DNA from: Fidelibacterota bacterium | Lineage (GTDB): Bacteria; Fidelibacterota; UBA8477; JABMPR01 | Assembly (NCBI GenBank): GCA_016784025.1 | Contig: JADHVL010000002.1 | Location: forward strand, 52,490 to 116,489 | Direction of reading: 5' to 3' | DNA length: 64,000 bases | Part shown: positions 47,242 through 56,522 of the stretch, one piece after another | Numbering within the stretch: position 1 is the stretch's first letter | Layout: every line of letters starts with the position of its first letter | The notes under the pieces: generated by a model | Seen by the model: only the letters and a program-made list of their open reading frames with translations | What the model was told of the DNA's origin: nothing | Databases searched by the model: none | Program-made: the position numbers and the translations under genes

Positions 47242-48834
47242 CTAGGATTTGTCTATATCAACATCTCCATAGAGTTTCTGCAACCTGACTAATTCTTGTT
47301 TGGTTTCCTGAACGATTTTCGCATAGGCTGGATCTGAGTAAACATTGTTCATCTCGGATGGGTCTTGCTCCAGATCAAACAGTTCCCAAAAACCATCTTC
47401 CTCATAGAAGTGAATTAACTTATAGCGTTCTGTTCTAACACCATAGTGTCGTCTCACATCATGCCAGCCATGAGGGTGTTCATAGTAGTGGTAGTATATG
47501 GATTCGCGCCAGTCATCAGGAGTGTTTCCCCTCACGATACCACGCAATGAATGACCCTGCATCTCGGCTGGAATTGCAATTCCGGCGAAGTCAAGGAAAG
47601 TGGATGAAAAATCCAGATTCATAACCATGCTATCTGCAACCTGACCTGCCTGAATCTCCAAGGGGTATCGCATTACCAGAGGCATGCTCAATGATTCCTC
47701 ATACATAAATCGTTTGTCATACCAACCATGTTCACCCAGATAAAAACCTTGATCAGATGTGTACACCACAAGCGTGTTCTCCGTCAAGCCATTTTGATCT
47801 AGATAGTCAAGAACACGACCAACATTTTCGTCAACTGATAGGATGCAACGCAGATAATCTTTGAGATAGTGCTGATATTTCCAGTTTAGTAACTCATCAC
47901 CGGTAAGCTTGAGACGCTTAAATTCCTCATTTACTTTATCGTAATGGGCATCCCAACCTGCTTTCTGCTCATCAGTCATCCGGTTGTATGTACGCTTCCA
48001 GGTCTCAGTAACTTTTTCCGCAAAAGATTTCTTACCGCCGGATCCTGTCTCTTCTTCAATTGACTGGGAGTGGAGCTTCATGTCAAAAGTGAGGTACATA
48101 TCGTCGATGCGCATATCAGCTTCACCTGCGGCAATACGACCGGTGTATTCATCGTGAAAATTTGCCGGCAGAGGGATATCCTGGTCATTGTAGGCATCCA
48201 GATGTTTCAGATTCGGCATCCAGTTGCGGTGGGGTGCTTTATGGTGGATCAGCATACAAAACGGTTTTGATTTATCCAATTTGTCCAGAGTCTCAAGCGC
48301 CTGGTCTGTGATGATATCAGTGGTATAACCTATGTGGGTTCTCTTTTCACCATTTTCTGTAAAATCCGGGTTGTAGTATTGCCCCTGACCTTTGAGGATA
48401 TTCCAATAATCAAACCCTGTTGGTTCTGTTTTTAGATGCCATTTCCCAACAATCGATGTGTGGTAACCTGCCTGTTGAAGCAGTTTAGGAAAAGTGAGTT
48501 GACTGCCATCAAAGGTACAGCTATGATCCAACATCCCATTCAGATGTGAATACTTACCCGTCAACAGAGTTGCTCGGCTGGGTCCGCAGATTGAATTGGT
48601 GACAAAACTATTCTGGAATCGAATCCCCTCAGATGCAATACGATCAATATTGGGTGTGTGGATCAATGTGTCATTATAGCAACTGATAGCCCTCTCGGCG
48701 TGATCGTCACTCATAATGAAAACAATGTTGGGGCGATCCTGCTTCATACATGAATTCAAGAATAAGTTTGGCGCCATCAAAGCGGTGGTACCCATACCAA
48801 CGGATTTGAGAAATTCTCTGCGAGTTGTTTTCAT
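47242..48834 (-). CDS. Formylglycine-dependent sulfatase (arylsulfatase family) with Tat signal
   Basis: RREFLKSVGMGTTALMA is a Tat motif. SICGPSRATLLTGK is the CxPxR sulfatase signature. IVFIMSDDHA is the metal-binding N-terminus. Confidence 0.85.
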   Translation of the reverse strand: MKTTRREFLKSVGMGTTALMAPNLFLNSCMKQDRPNIVFIMSDDHAERAISCYNDTLIHTPNIDRIASEGIRFQNSFVTNSICGPSRATLLTGKYSHLNGMLDHSCTFDGSQLTFPKLLQQAGYHTSIVGKWHLKTEPTGFDYWNILKGQGQYYNPDFTENGEKRTHIGYTTDIITDQALETLDKLDKSKPFCMLIHHKAPHRNWMPNLKHLDAYNDQDIPLPANFHDEYTGRIAAGEADMRIDDMYLTFDMKLHSQSIEEETGSGGKKSFAEKVTETWKRTYNRMTDEQKAGWDAHYDKVNEEFKRLKLTGDELLNWKYQHYLKDYLRCILSVDENVGRVLDYLDQNGLTENTLVVYTSDQGFYLGEHGWYDKRFMYEESLSMPLVMRYPLEIQAGQVADSMVMNLDFSSTFLDFAGIAIPAEMQGHSLRGIVRGNTPDDWRESIYYHYYEHPHGWHDVRRHYGVRTERYKLIHFYEEDGFWELFDLEQDPSEMNNVYSDPAYAKIVQETKQELVRLQKLYGDVDIDKS

Positions 48835-48908
48835 AGACTCCCCTTTGCCATTCTGTCTGAACTGACAGTTATCCCAATTCTTGTATTCTTTCTATATCTC
48901 GAAACAGC

Positions 48909-50123
48909 TTAATTAAGCTTTCCTGCAATAAATGCTGTGGTCCAGGCTGCTTGAAAATTGTATCCGCCGGTGATGCCGTCAATGTCCAGGATCTCCCCGG
49001 CAAAATATAGATTCTCACACGCTTTGCTCTGCATTGATTTCCCATCGATACTGTCCAGACTCACCCCTCCACAGGTCACAAACTCATCCTTAAACCCTGT
49101 TTTTCCAGATACTGAATATGAGTCGTTGGTAAGGACTGTGACCAACTTATTTAGCCCCCTCTTTCCAAGTTCACTCCACCTTTTCGTCTGAGGAAGCCCA
49201 CTTTTATTGAGCAGATAACGCCACAATCTATCCGGTAAACCAAAGGGTCTAATATTAGGTAAGAGCTTGCGAGCATGTTCTTCAACCAAATCATTTAAAT
49301 GACTCAAAACGAGTTCATGATTGGCTTGATCCAACCAATTAACCCTGATATCAAAGTTATAGTCTTTTTCATTAAAGATTCTGGCACCAAAAGCTGAAAG
49401 CTTCAGAATCGCCGGTCCACTAAAGCCCCAGTGCGTGATAAGTAGGGGTCCTCTTGTTTTTAAACTGGTTCCTGGAATGCTGACCAGCACAGGATCCACT
49501 GCTACACCTGTTAATTCCACAATGGCTTCATTAGGCATATTAAATGTGAAGAGGGAAGGCACAGGCTCAACGATCTCATGGCCAAGCTTTTCTATCCATT
49601 CCAGACCCTGGGATCTGGGTGATCCCCCACTGGCTATGATGACCTTATCAAAACTCCGGGGAGGTAAATCCTGTCTGGAAAAACTCAATTCTAGTTGTTC
49701 ACCTCTGGGAGAAATTGCCTCTATCCCCGACCAATATTCGCACACTATTCCCTGAGCTTCCGCCTGATCCAGCAGACAATTAATAATACTGCTTGAATCC
49801 TGAGATACGGGGAAAACGCGCATATCATCCTGGATGAATAGCGGCACTCCTCTTGATTCAAACCACGCCATGGTGTGTTTTGTGTTAAACGTTCTCAGCG
49901 CTCGTTTCATGAGAGCCTTTCCGCGTGGGTAGCCTGCGGCCAGCGCGCTGATAGATGTATTTCCGTTGGTGACATTACATCTACCCCCTCCGGAAATTTT
50001 GACTTTGGCCAGGGAAAAACGTGTCTTTTCAAATATAACCACTTTGGCATCAGGAAAGTTTTCTTTGACTGAGATGGCTGAAAAATAGCCTGCTGCTCCT
50101 CCCCCTATGATGGCAACATCCAC
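48909..50123 (-). CDS. HI0933/BaiN-family flavoprotein (second paralog)
   Basis: VAIIGGGAAGYFSA and GGGRCNVTN. Confidence 0.8.
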   Translation of the reverse strand: MDVAIIGGGAAGYFSAISVKENFPDAKVVIFEKTRFSLAKVKISGGGRCNVTNGNTSISALAAGYPRGKALMKRALRTFNTKHTMAWFESRGVPLFIQDDMRVFPVSQDSSSIINCLLDQAEAQGIVCEYWSGIEAISPRGEQLELSFSRQDLPPRSFDKVIIASGGSPRSQGLEWIEKLGHEIVEPVPSLFTFNMPNEAIVELTGVAVDPVLVSIPGTSLKTRGPLLITHWGFSGPAILKLSAFGARIFNEKDYNFDIRVNWLDQANHELVLSHLNDLVEEHARKLLPNIRPFGLPDRLWRYLLNKSGLPQTKRWSELGKRGLNKLVTVLTNDSYSVSGKTGFKDEFVTCGGVSLDSIDGKSMQSKACENLYFAGEILDIDGITGGYNFQAAWTTAFIAGKLN

Positions 50124-50140
50124 ATCAGGACCCTTTACGA

Positions 50141-50851
50141 TTATTTGTTCAGAAGATGTTGGAAGTAGCTGGGAATCTTTGCTTCGAAGGTCATTCTTTG
50201 TTTTGTGCCGGGGTGTTTAATATTGATCGAGCCTGCATGGAGGGTCAATCTCTTGATACCTCTAGCACTATCGCCATAGACCTTGTCTCCAGCAACGGGG
50301 CAGTCAATATCAGCAAAGTGTACGCGTATTTGATTTTTTCGGCCGGTGAGCAAGTCAATTTCAACTAGGCTAAATCTTTTAGATTCCTGGAGAACTTTGT
50401 AACCTGTTTTGGCGAGCTTGCCTACCTTTTGATCCTCGGTGGAATACATCTTATGGACCACATTTTCCGCTAGATATGAAGAAAGGACACCCTCCTTCTC
50501 AGCGAGGTTCCCATGGATAACTGCGTAGTATTTTTTTGTGAAGTTCTTCCACTCTTCCTGAAGATAGCGTTTATTCTTTTCACTTTTTGCAAAGACCAGC
50601 ACACCTGATGTATCCCTATCCAAACGATGGACGATATAGATCCGTTTTCGAGATTTTGGATTGCCTTTGCGGACATAATTATTTAAGGCAAAATAGGCCG
50701 TTCTATCACGAGTTTTGGCATTACTCATAGAAAGGAGACCACTCATCTTATCAACAACCAGAATATCGTCGTCTTCAAATATAATGGTGAGCCCACGGGG
50801 TTGGTGACGCTTGGAAGGTTTTTTTGTTTTCTTGCTTTCGAAGGGATCCAT
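50141..50851 (-). CDS. RluA-family pseudouridine synthase
   Basis: YIVHRLDRDTSGVLVFAK contains the catalytic Asp motif (HRLD..TSG). Confidence 0.85.
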   Translation of the reverse strand: MDPFESKKTKKPSKRHQPRGLTIIFEDDDILVVDKMSGLLSMSNAKTRDRTAYFALNNYVRKGNPKSRKRIYIVHRLDRDTSGVLVFAKSEKNKRYLQEEWKNFTKKYYAVIHGNLAEKEGVLSSYLAENVVHKMYSTEDQKVGKLAKTGYKVLQESKRFSLVEIDLLTGRKNQIRVHFADIDCPVAGDKVYGDSARGIKRLTLHAGSINIKHPGTKQRMTFEAKIPSYFQHLLNK

Positions 50852-50879
50852 GGCTTTTTGAATTTACCTCAATTATACA

Positions 50880-51446
50880 TTAAGAATTTGAAGGTTCTTG
50901 GAAATAATCTCGTTTAAAATAAACATAGGCCACAAAACCCCACCATGCGACCAGAGTTGCAACCACTGTCAATGCCGATGCCTGGGCAATCAGCTCTTGT
51001 TCCCCGGCACCCATCATTTGCCCATAGTCACTTAGCAGGCTTGATGTAGCTTGACCATACATGATAAAAAGAAGCCTGTCAACGGTGTAGATCAGGGTTC
51101 CAGTAAACATCATCTGAAAGCCCCAGTGTTTGGCAGTCCACAGACCCAGCCCCATGCCCCCATATATACCCAGGTACAAGAGGTGATAAACAACGGCAAT
51201 AATCCCGCTGCGATCAGCACCAAACAATGCTACAGGAGAACTAATTGAAACGAGCTCTATCAATGCGGAGATGAGGAAAAAGAATGCTGCGAATCTCATG
51301 GTAAAGCGTGGTCCCATGATACCGCTACTTTCAGCACTTTTTGTTGAAGAAGGTGGTATCCAGAGATCGTTCTCTTTCATGGCTGAACAGTAGCGACAAA
51401 AAATTGCGTCATCCTGGATTTCTTCAGCACAATATGGACATTTCAT
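50880..51446 (-). CDS. Zinc-ribbon domain membrane protein
   Basis: N-terminal CPYCAEEI...CRYCSA zinc ribbon followed by 4 TM segments. Confidence 0.5.
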   Translation of the reverse strand: MKCPYCAEEIQDDAIFCRYCSAMKENDLWIPPSSTKSAESSGIMGPRFTMRFAAFFFLISALIELVSISSPVALFGADRSGIIAVVYHLLYLGIYGGMGLGLWTAKHWGFQMMFTGTLIYTVDRLLFIMYGQATSSLLSDYGQMMGAGEQELIAQASALTVVATLVAWWGFVAYVYFKRDYFQEPSNS

Positions 51447-51539
51447 TCAACACACCTCATTATTTGGTGAGAGTATAATATTAATTCCCCCTGATTCCTC
51501 TATGAAGCTTGATCTATGGGAGGAAATAATTAATAGTTT

Positions 51540-51986
51540 TTAACGGCCTTTGAGCTGAACGATCTCGTAAGTATAGAGGAAATCATAAAATTCATAATCC
51601 ATTTTCAGTTCGAAGTAAAACTCTGTTGAGTAGCCTGGATTGAGGGGTTCACGAACCACAAAATTCTGAGAGAGAAGTAATTTTGAGGGATCCAGAGAAT
51701 CGTTTCCTGTGTACTTCATTGCTGAGCTTTCATTTATTAGATTCGTCTTTCCCGAAATCTCTGAGTTACCAGTGTATATTTCAAACTTGAAGATGGATGA
51801 GGTGATATCATGCTCGCCATGATTCTGGATTTTGCCTCTTATATAATCCCTCTGCATATTGACTTCAAAGTCGCTAATCTGAACCTGGTTGAACTGATCC
51901 CTGGAGAGAGAATTATCATCCATGATGGAGCAATTCACAAATAGAATTGCTGGTAGCCACATTACTATTGATTTGATTCCCATCAA
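51540..51986 (-). CDS. Hypothetical secreted protein
   Basis: N-terminal signal-like hydrophobic segment; no family recognised. Confidence 0.35.
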   Translation of the reverse strand: MMGIKSIVMWLPAILFVNCSIMDDNSLSRDQFNQVQISDFEVNMQRDYIRGKIQNHGEHDITSSIFKFEIYTGNSEISGKTNLINESSAMKYTGNDSLDPSKLLLSQNFVVREPLNPGYSTEFYFELKMDYEFYDFLYTYEIVQLKGR

Positions 51987-51989
51987 AGC

Positions 51990-53006
51990 TCAGCCTCCAG
52001 AATCCTTGATTTCTTCTGTTCCATCAGAGTATCTGGCAAATCTGCCCTGGTCTGCTGAATTAACGGGATCACGTCTATCCCACGGCCACCCTCCAAATTC
52101 TGTGGCTCTATAATCATCAAAGGCTTTCTGGATTTCAGCCTGGGTGTTCATAACAAAAGGACCATAACGAACCACGGGTTCTCCGATGGGCTTACCTTGG
52201 AGGAGAAGTAGTCTGGATTGTGTCGAACCATTTTTTATGTGGATCTCATCTGAAGAAGAAATTTCAAGGGCATGGTATTCAGGGATATTCTGCCCTGCGA
52301 TTTTCAACGATTCGCCTTCGTAAAAATAAAGGTCTCGATTTACACCTGCCTCACACGATGGGAGCACAAATTCAGCGTCAGCATCCAGCGTAATCACCCA
52401 GATCGCTACCTGGTTTGTTGATTTAGATGCCCAGGAATCGGGGGCAGGAGCAGGGGCGGAAGTTGTTTCAAATTTGCCTGCAATAACGCGGGTTTCTGCT
52501 TTTCTGTCTTCCTTGTCATGAGTTTGGATGATCGGAATGGATTCTGACCAGAGCATTTTAAAGGCCGGTTCTGCAGTTTTTGATCTGGCTGGCAGGTTGA
52601 GCCAGATTTGAAACAGTTCCATAGGGTTGGGCTGATCTTCTTTTACTAATGGGAACATTTCAGAATGCTGTAGACCACTTCCTGCAGTCATCCATTGCAC
52701 ATCTCCATTTCCATAGCGACCTGCAGCTCCAGCTGAGTCGTGGTGATCCACCAGACCATCCAGCACGACTGTCACTGTTTCAAACCCACGATGTGGATGG
52801 GCAGGGAATCCCGGTATCTCACGACCGTGATACATATTCCAACCATCTTTTTGGTCAAAATCCTGACCAATATTTCGTCCAGACAGGGATGCGGCTGGAC
52901 CCATATTATCATTGCCAACAGGGTAGGCATCGTTATGGTGAACGCAGAAAAGAAAGGGGTCTCTGGTTTCCCACATGAATCCCAGGGGCTTTATATTTTT
53001 AATCAT
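51990..53006 (-). CDS. Pirin-family bicupin protein (quercetin 2,3-dioxygenase-like)
   Basis: PAHPHRGFETVTVVLDGLVDHHDSAG is the pirin N-terminal cupin metal-binding motif; 338 aa. Confidence 0.85.
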   Translation of the reverse strand: MIKNIKPLGFMWETRDPFLFCVHHNDAYPVGNDNMGPAASLSGRNIGQDFDQKDGWNMYHGREIPGFPAHPHRGFETVTVVLDGLVDHHDSAGAAGRYGNGDVQWMTAGSGLQHSEMFPLVKEDQPNPMELFQIWLNLPARSKTAEPAFKMLWSESIPIIQTHDKEDRKAETRVIAGKFETTSAPAPAPDSWASKSTNQVAIWVITLDADAEFVLPSCEAGVNRDLYFYEGESLKIAGQNIPEYHALEISSSDEIHIKNGSTQSRLLLLQGKPIGEPVVRYGPFVMNTQAEIQKAFDDYRATEFGGWPWDRRDPVNSADQGRFARYSDGTEEIKDSGG

Positions 53007-53130
53007 TAATTATTACTTCCTTATATCCCCCGAGATACAAGCATAACAATAGCTCAACTAAAAGCATTGAATATTGTTCAGAAAACTATTCCTGAACTCG
53101 TCCGAGACAAGCTGGATTTAGGCTGGGTGT

Positions 53131-53496
53131 TTATTCATTATTCTCTGGCTCAGCCCAAACGGCAAATTCGTTTCCGTTGGGATCAGAAAAGTGAAAACGT
53201 CTCCCTCCTGGAAACGAAAATATTGGTTTCATGATCTTACCTTTTGCCTGCTCAACTTTCGCTAGTGTTTCCTCGAGTCTATCACTGAAGAAGACGATCA
53301 GTACACTTCCTGAATTTGTCTCGGCTGTCAGGTCTGATTTAAAAAATCCCACATCAATTCCGGCATTGGCGCAGGCGACATAATCGGGTCCATAATCAAC
53401 AAATGACCAATCAAACACCTCTCCGAAGAAGGTTTTGGTTTGCTCCATATCTTTTGCAGGAAATTCCAGATAATTAATTTTTTCATGATTACTCAT
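53131..53496 (-). CDS. VOC-family (glyoxalase-like) protein
   Basis: Paired beta-alpha-beta VOC modules. The MSNHEK start is preferred; overlaps the upstream gene by 8 nt. Confidence 0.65.
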   Translation of the reverse strand: MSNHEKINYLEFPAKDMEQTKTFFGEVFDWSFVDYGPDYVACANAGIDVGFFKSDLTAETNSGSVLIVFFSDRLEETLAKVEQAKGKIMKPIFSFPGGRRFHFSDPNGNEFAVWAEPENNE

Positions 53497-55150
53497 TTGA
53501 TACTCCTCCAAAAGCCACACCACTGAGATCTGCCATGTCTCGTTTCCACGTAGTAAGATCGTTTTGATTAAACTGATTTAAATGGGTATGTCCACAGGCT
53601 CTGGCCATGACTTGCATCAATTCAGTAGATGCTCTGAAAAAGTTGTTCAGCTGTTGAGCTCCCTTTTCAATTTTAATGCGTGCTCTCAACTCCGGTTTCT
53701 GCGTCGCAATCCCTACAGGGCAATTGTTGGTATGGCAGGCACGCATCCCGAGACACCCGATGGCCTGGATGGCAGAATTTGAGACTGCAATGGCATCGGC
53801 ACCCAAAGCCAGGGCTTTGATAAAATCTGCAGGGAGGCGCAATCCCCCGGTGATAATCAGTGATATGTCTTGGCGACCCTGCTGATCCAGATAACGGCGC
53901 GCACGAGCAAGAGCAGGTATGGTTGGAATGGATATATTGTCTCTGAATATCAGAGGTGCAGCGCCAGTTCCTCCGCCCCTACCATCCAGGATGATGTAGT
54001 CCACACCAATATCCAGAGCTGCCTGAATATCTTTTTCGATATGCTGAGCAGAAAGTTTTACACCGATTGGTATTCCACCGGTGGCCTCTCTGACCTCCTC
54101 AGCAAACCGCTTATAATCTTCTATGTTCTCCCAGTCTGGAAAACGAGGTGGTGAGATGGCTGGTTCTCCTTCAGCCAGACCACGTACTTCTGCAATCTTG
54201 CCCTGTACTTTATTTCCAGGAAGATGACCGCCTGTTCCAGTTTTTGCCCCTTGCCCGCACTTAAAATGAAAGGCCTGACATATCTGGACCTTATCCATGG
54301 AATAGCCAAATCGAGCTGAAGCTAATTCGTAGAGATAGCGGCTATTGGCCGCCTGTTCATCGGGAAGCATACCGCCCTCACCTGAGCAGATTCCAGTTCC
54401 TGCCAGCTCTGCCCCTTTTGCCAGGGAGACTTTTGCTTCTTCAGAGAGCGCGCCAAAACTCATGTCTGATACAAAGAGGGGTCGTTCCAGAACCAGAGGT
54501 TTCCTGGCATTGGGACCAATAACTACCTCTGTTCCAACCTTAGCATCATCCAGGAGGGGTACTTTATGCAGTTGAGCAGTAAGCAATTGAATGTCTTTCC
54601 AATTGGGTAAATCCTGTCTGGGAACCCCCATGGCATCGACTCGTCCATGATGACCGGTTTCACTCAAACCTTTTTCAGTTAAATGTTGAATATATTGGGC
54701 ATGTGGCTCCTCTGGAGCACCATGAATATCTTGATATAAACCTTGATATGCATCTCGGTTATAGGGCTGAGGATTATGATCTTCCCAGCTTTTAATTTCG
54801 TCTTCATCTACCCAAACCTGATCTTTTTCAATCCAGACTGAAAATTTTTGAAGCTTCTCATCATTATTGTAAGCACTCACACCTGACTTGTAATTGTAAT
54901 CCCAATTATGCAAGCCACAGATAAGGTCATTCCCTTGAATATGCCCGTCAGACAAGAGCGCTCCCCTATGGTGACAACGGCCATAAAGCACAGAGACTTC
55001 GTCCTTCTCTGAAAATCGTGTGATGACAAGATCTACATTTCCCACCAGCGCATAGGTGGGTTCCAGTGGTTTTAATTCTGAGAAATGAGCAATTGAAACT
55101 TTATGCATATATGATCCTATTGATTTTGACGACAATTTAAATTTGGACAA
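53489..55150 (-). CDS. Fusion of a Rieske [2Fe-2S] domain with a glutamate-synthase-like FMN/Fe-S (GltB domain-2 type) domain
   Basis: CHHRGALLSDGHIQGNDLICGLHNWDY is a Rieske CxH...CxxH motif. The C-terminal ~400 aa resemble GltS FMN-binding domain proteins (ILDGRGGGTGAAP). Confidence 0.7.
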   Translation of the reverse strand: MSKFKLSSKSIGSYMHKVSIAHFSELKPLEPTYALVGNVDLVITRFSEKDEVSVLYGRCHHRGALLSDGHIQGNDLICGLHNWDYNYKSGVSAYNNDEKLQKFSVWIEKDQVWVDEDEIKSWEDHNPQPYNRDAYQGLYQDIHGAPEEPHAQYIQHLTEKGLSETGHHGRVDAMGVPRQDLPNWKDIQLLTAQLHKVPLLDDAKVGTEVVIGPNARKPLVLERPLFVSDMSFGALSEEAKVSLAKGAELAGTGICSGEGGMLPDEQAANSRYLYELASARFGYSMDKVQICQAFHFKCGQGAKTGTGGHLPGNKVQGKIAEVRGLAEGEPAISPPRFPDWENIEDYKRFAEEVREATGGIPIGVKLSAQHIEKDIQAALDIGVDYIILDGRGGGTGAAPLIFRDNISIPTIPALARARRYLDQQGRQDISLIITGGLRLPADFIKALALGADAIAVSNSAIQAIGCLGMRACHTNNCPVGIATQKPELRARIKIEKGAQQLNNFFRASTELMQVMARACGHTHLNQFNQNDLTTWKRDMADLSGVAFGGVSNE

Positions 55151-55279
55151 CCTATTCCAGAAATTACTGGATCAAGCAAGCTATGAAACATAAACCTCAA
55201 TGCGCACGAGACCAGCCAGTTTCACATTCAATGCGTGAGGCCTTTGTCATGCCCTGAGATTTCTCTATTCCTGATGTAT

Positions 55280-55828
55280 TCATTCTGAAACCGCTATAAG
55301 TGAAAAGCGTTTGATGGTTTCGAAATCAAGGTGATCACCTTCATCCTTACCATAATAAGCTTCCTGAATTATACCCTCTCGATCAACCAGAAAATCAGCC
55401 GGCATAATAGTCAGACCCCCAGTAAACAAGTTTGGAAGGTACCCTTTTATAAACATTCCTTTCAGAAGCGTTGGCAGGCGCATAATCATACCTGTAAAAA
55501 AACCCAGGACTGAATTCTCAATTCCATATTTTCTATAATACTTGCCATGTGGATCTGCCAGTATTGGGAATGAGGCTTGGTGTTTTTCTGTATGGCGAGT
55601 GAGTTGCTCAAGGTCAGCATTAAATATGGCCACTGTGGTGAAATCCTCACCAAATTCATCGAAACGTTGTACCAGGCTGTTCACTCTCAAATTACAGAAA
55701 GGACAAGATGCAAATCGATAGAATGATAGCATATAAGGTTTACCTGAGAATGAATCCAAATCGAACTCCGTTCTGGCTATATCCATCAATTTGATGTTCT
55801 TTACCTTTTCCCCGCTTTTGAGTCTCAC
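55280..55828 (-). CDS. AhpC/TSA-redoxin family thiol-disulfide oxidoreductase
   Basis: FYRFASCPFCNLRV is the redoxin CxxC active site in thioredoxin-fold context. Confidence 0.6.
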   Translation of the reverse strand: MRLKSGEKVKNIKLMDIARTEFDLDSFSGKPYMLSFYRFASCPFCNLRVNSLVQRFDEFGEDFTTVAIFNADLEQLTRHTEKHQASFPILADPHGKYYRKYGIENSVLGFFTGMIMRLPTLLKGMFIKGYLPNLFTGGLTIMPADFLVDREGIIQEAYYGKDEGDHLDFETIKRFSLIAVSE

Positions 55829-56364
55829 CTTTCCCCACTTTCATCATTTTTTTTCGTATGGACCCAGTCATCCCCATTCAGATTCATCCTGAGAAGTGTC
55901 CATCCCTCATCTTCATGATTTGGGATCGTCTTATATATTTTGAAACCAAACTGCTGGTAACAGTGAATTGCTGATTTATTAAATGCGAATACCCCCAGGT
56001 CTATGTCTTCCAACTCTAAATCTTCGAAGGCGAAATGGAGGGCCAGCCGTATCATCATTTTGCCCCAGCCCTGTCCCCTATATTGTTTTGGACCTATGAG
56101 TACTCTGGCAAGCACGGCACTTTTCTCAACATAATTCACCCCCATGAGTTCGATATGACCGATAGGGGTTCCATCCAGCAGGGCTTTGAACATAAACTGA
56201 GGGGGACGATCCGTTCTAGTCACTTCTAAAGAGGCAATGAGCTGCTTTTCATCCAGGGGGAACATGTATTTTGGGCCTGACCACTGTAATAAAAAGTCTG
56301 CATCTGGCACCCAATCAATCAGTCTCTGGATATCGCTTGCCTCAAATTTTTCCAGAGTGATCAT
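55825..56364 (-). CDS. GNAT N-acetyltransferase
   Basis: RGQGWGKMMIRLALHFAFE is GNAT motif A; 4-nt overlap with the downstream redoxin. Confidence 0.7.
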   Translation of the reverse strand: MITLEKFEASDIQRLIDWVPDADFLLQWSGPKYMFPLDEKQLIASLEVTRTDRPPQFMFKALLDGTPIGHIELMGVNYVEKSAVLARVLIGPKQYRGQGWGKMMIRLALHFAFEDLELEDIDLGVFAFNKSAIHCYQQFGFKIYKTIPNHEDEGWTLLRMNLNGDDWVHTKKNDESGER

Positions 56365-56522
56365 TTACTATTGCTCCCATCCTTCTATATTTGAATAAAT
56401 CTCAACCCAAACTGTTCCCACGTTAACAACTGACGCTAAAACAATCTTTCAGGTTAAACAATAATATATTTTTTGAATCTTGGTGTCTTGAAGCTTACAG
56501 AAAGCTGGAAGGTGGGGGTTTT

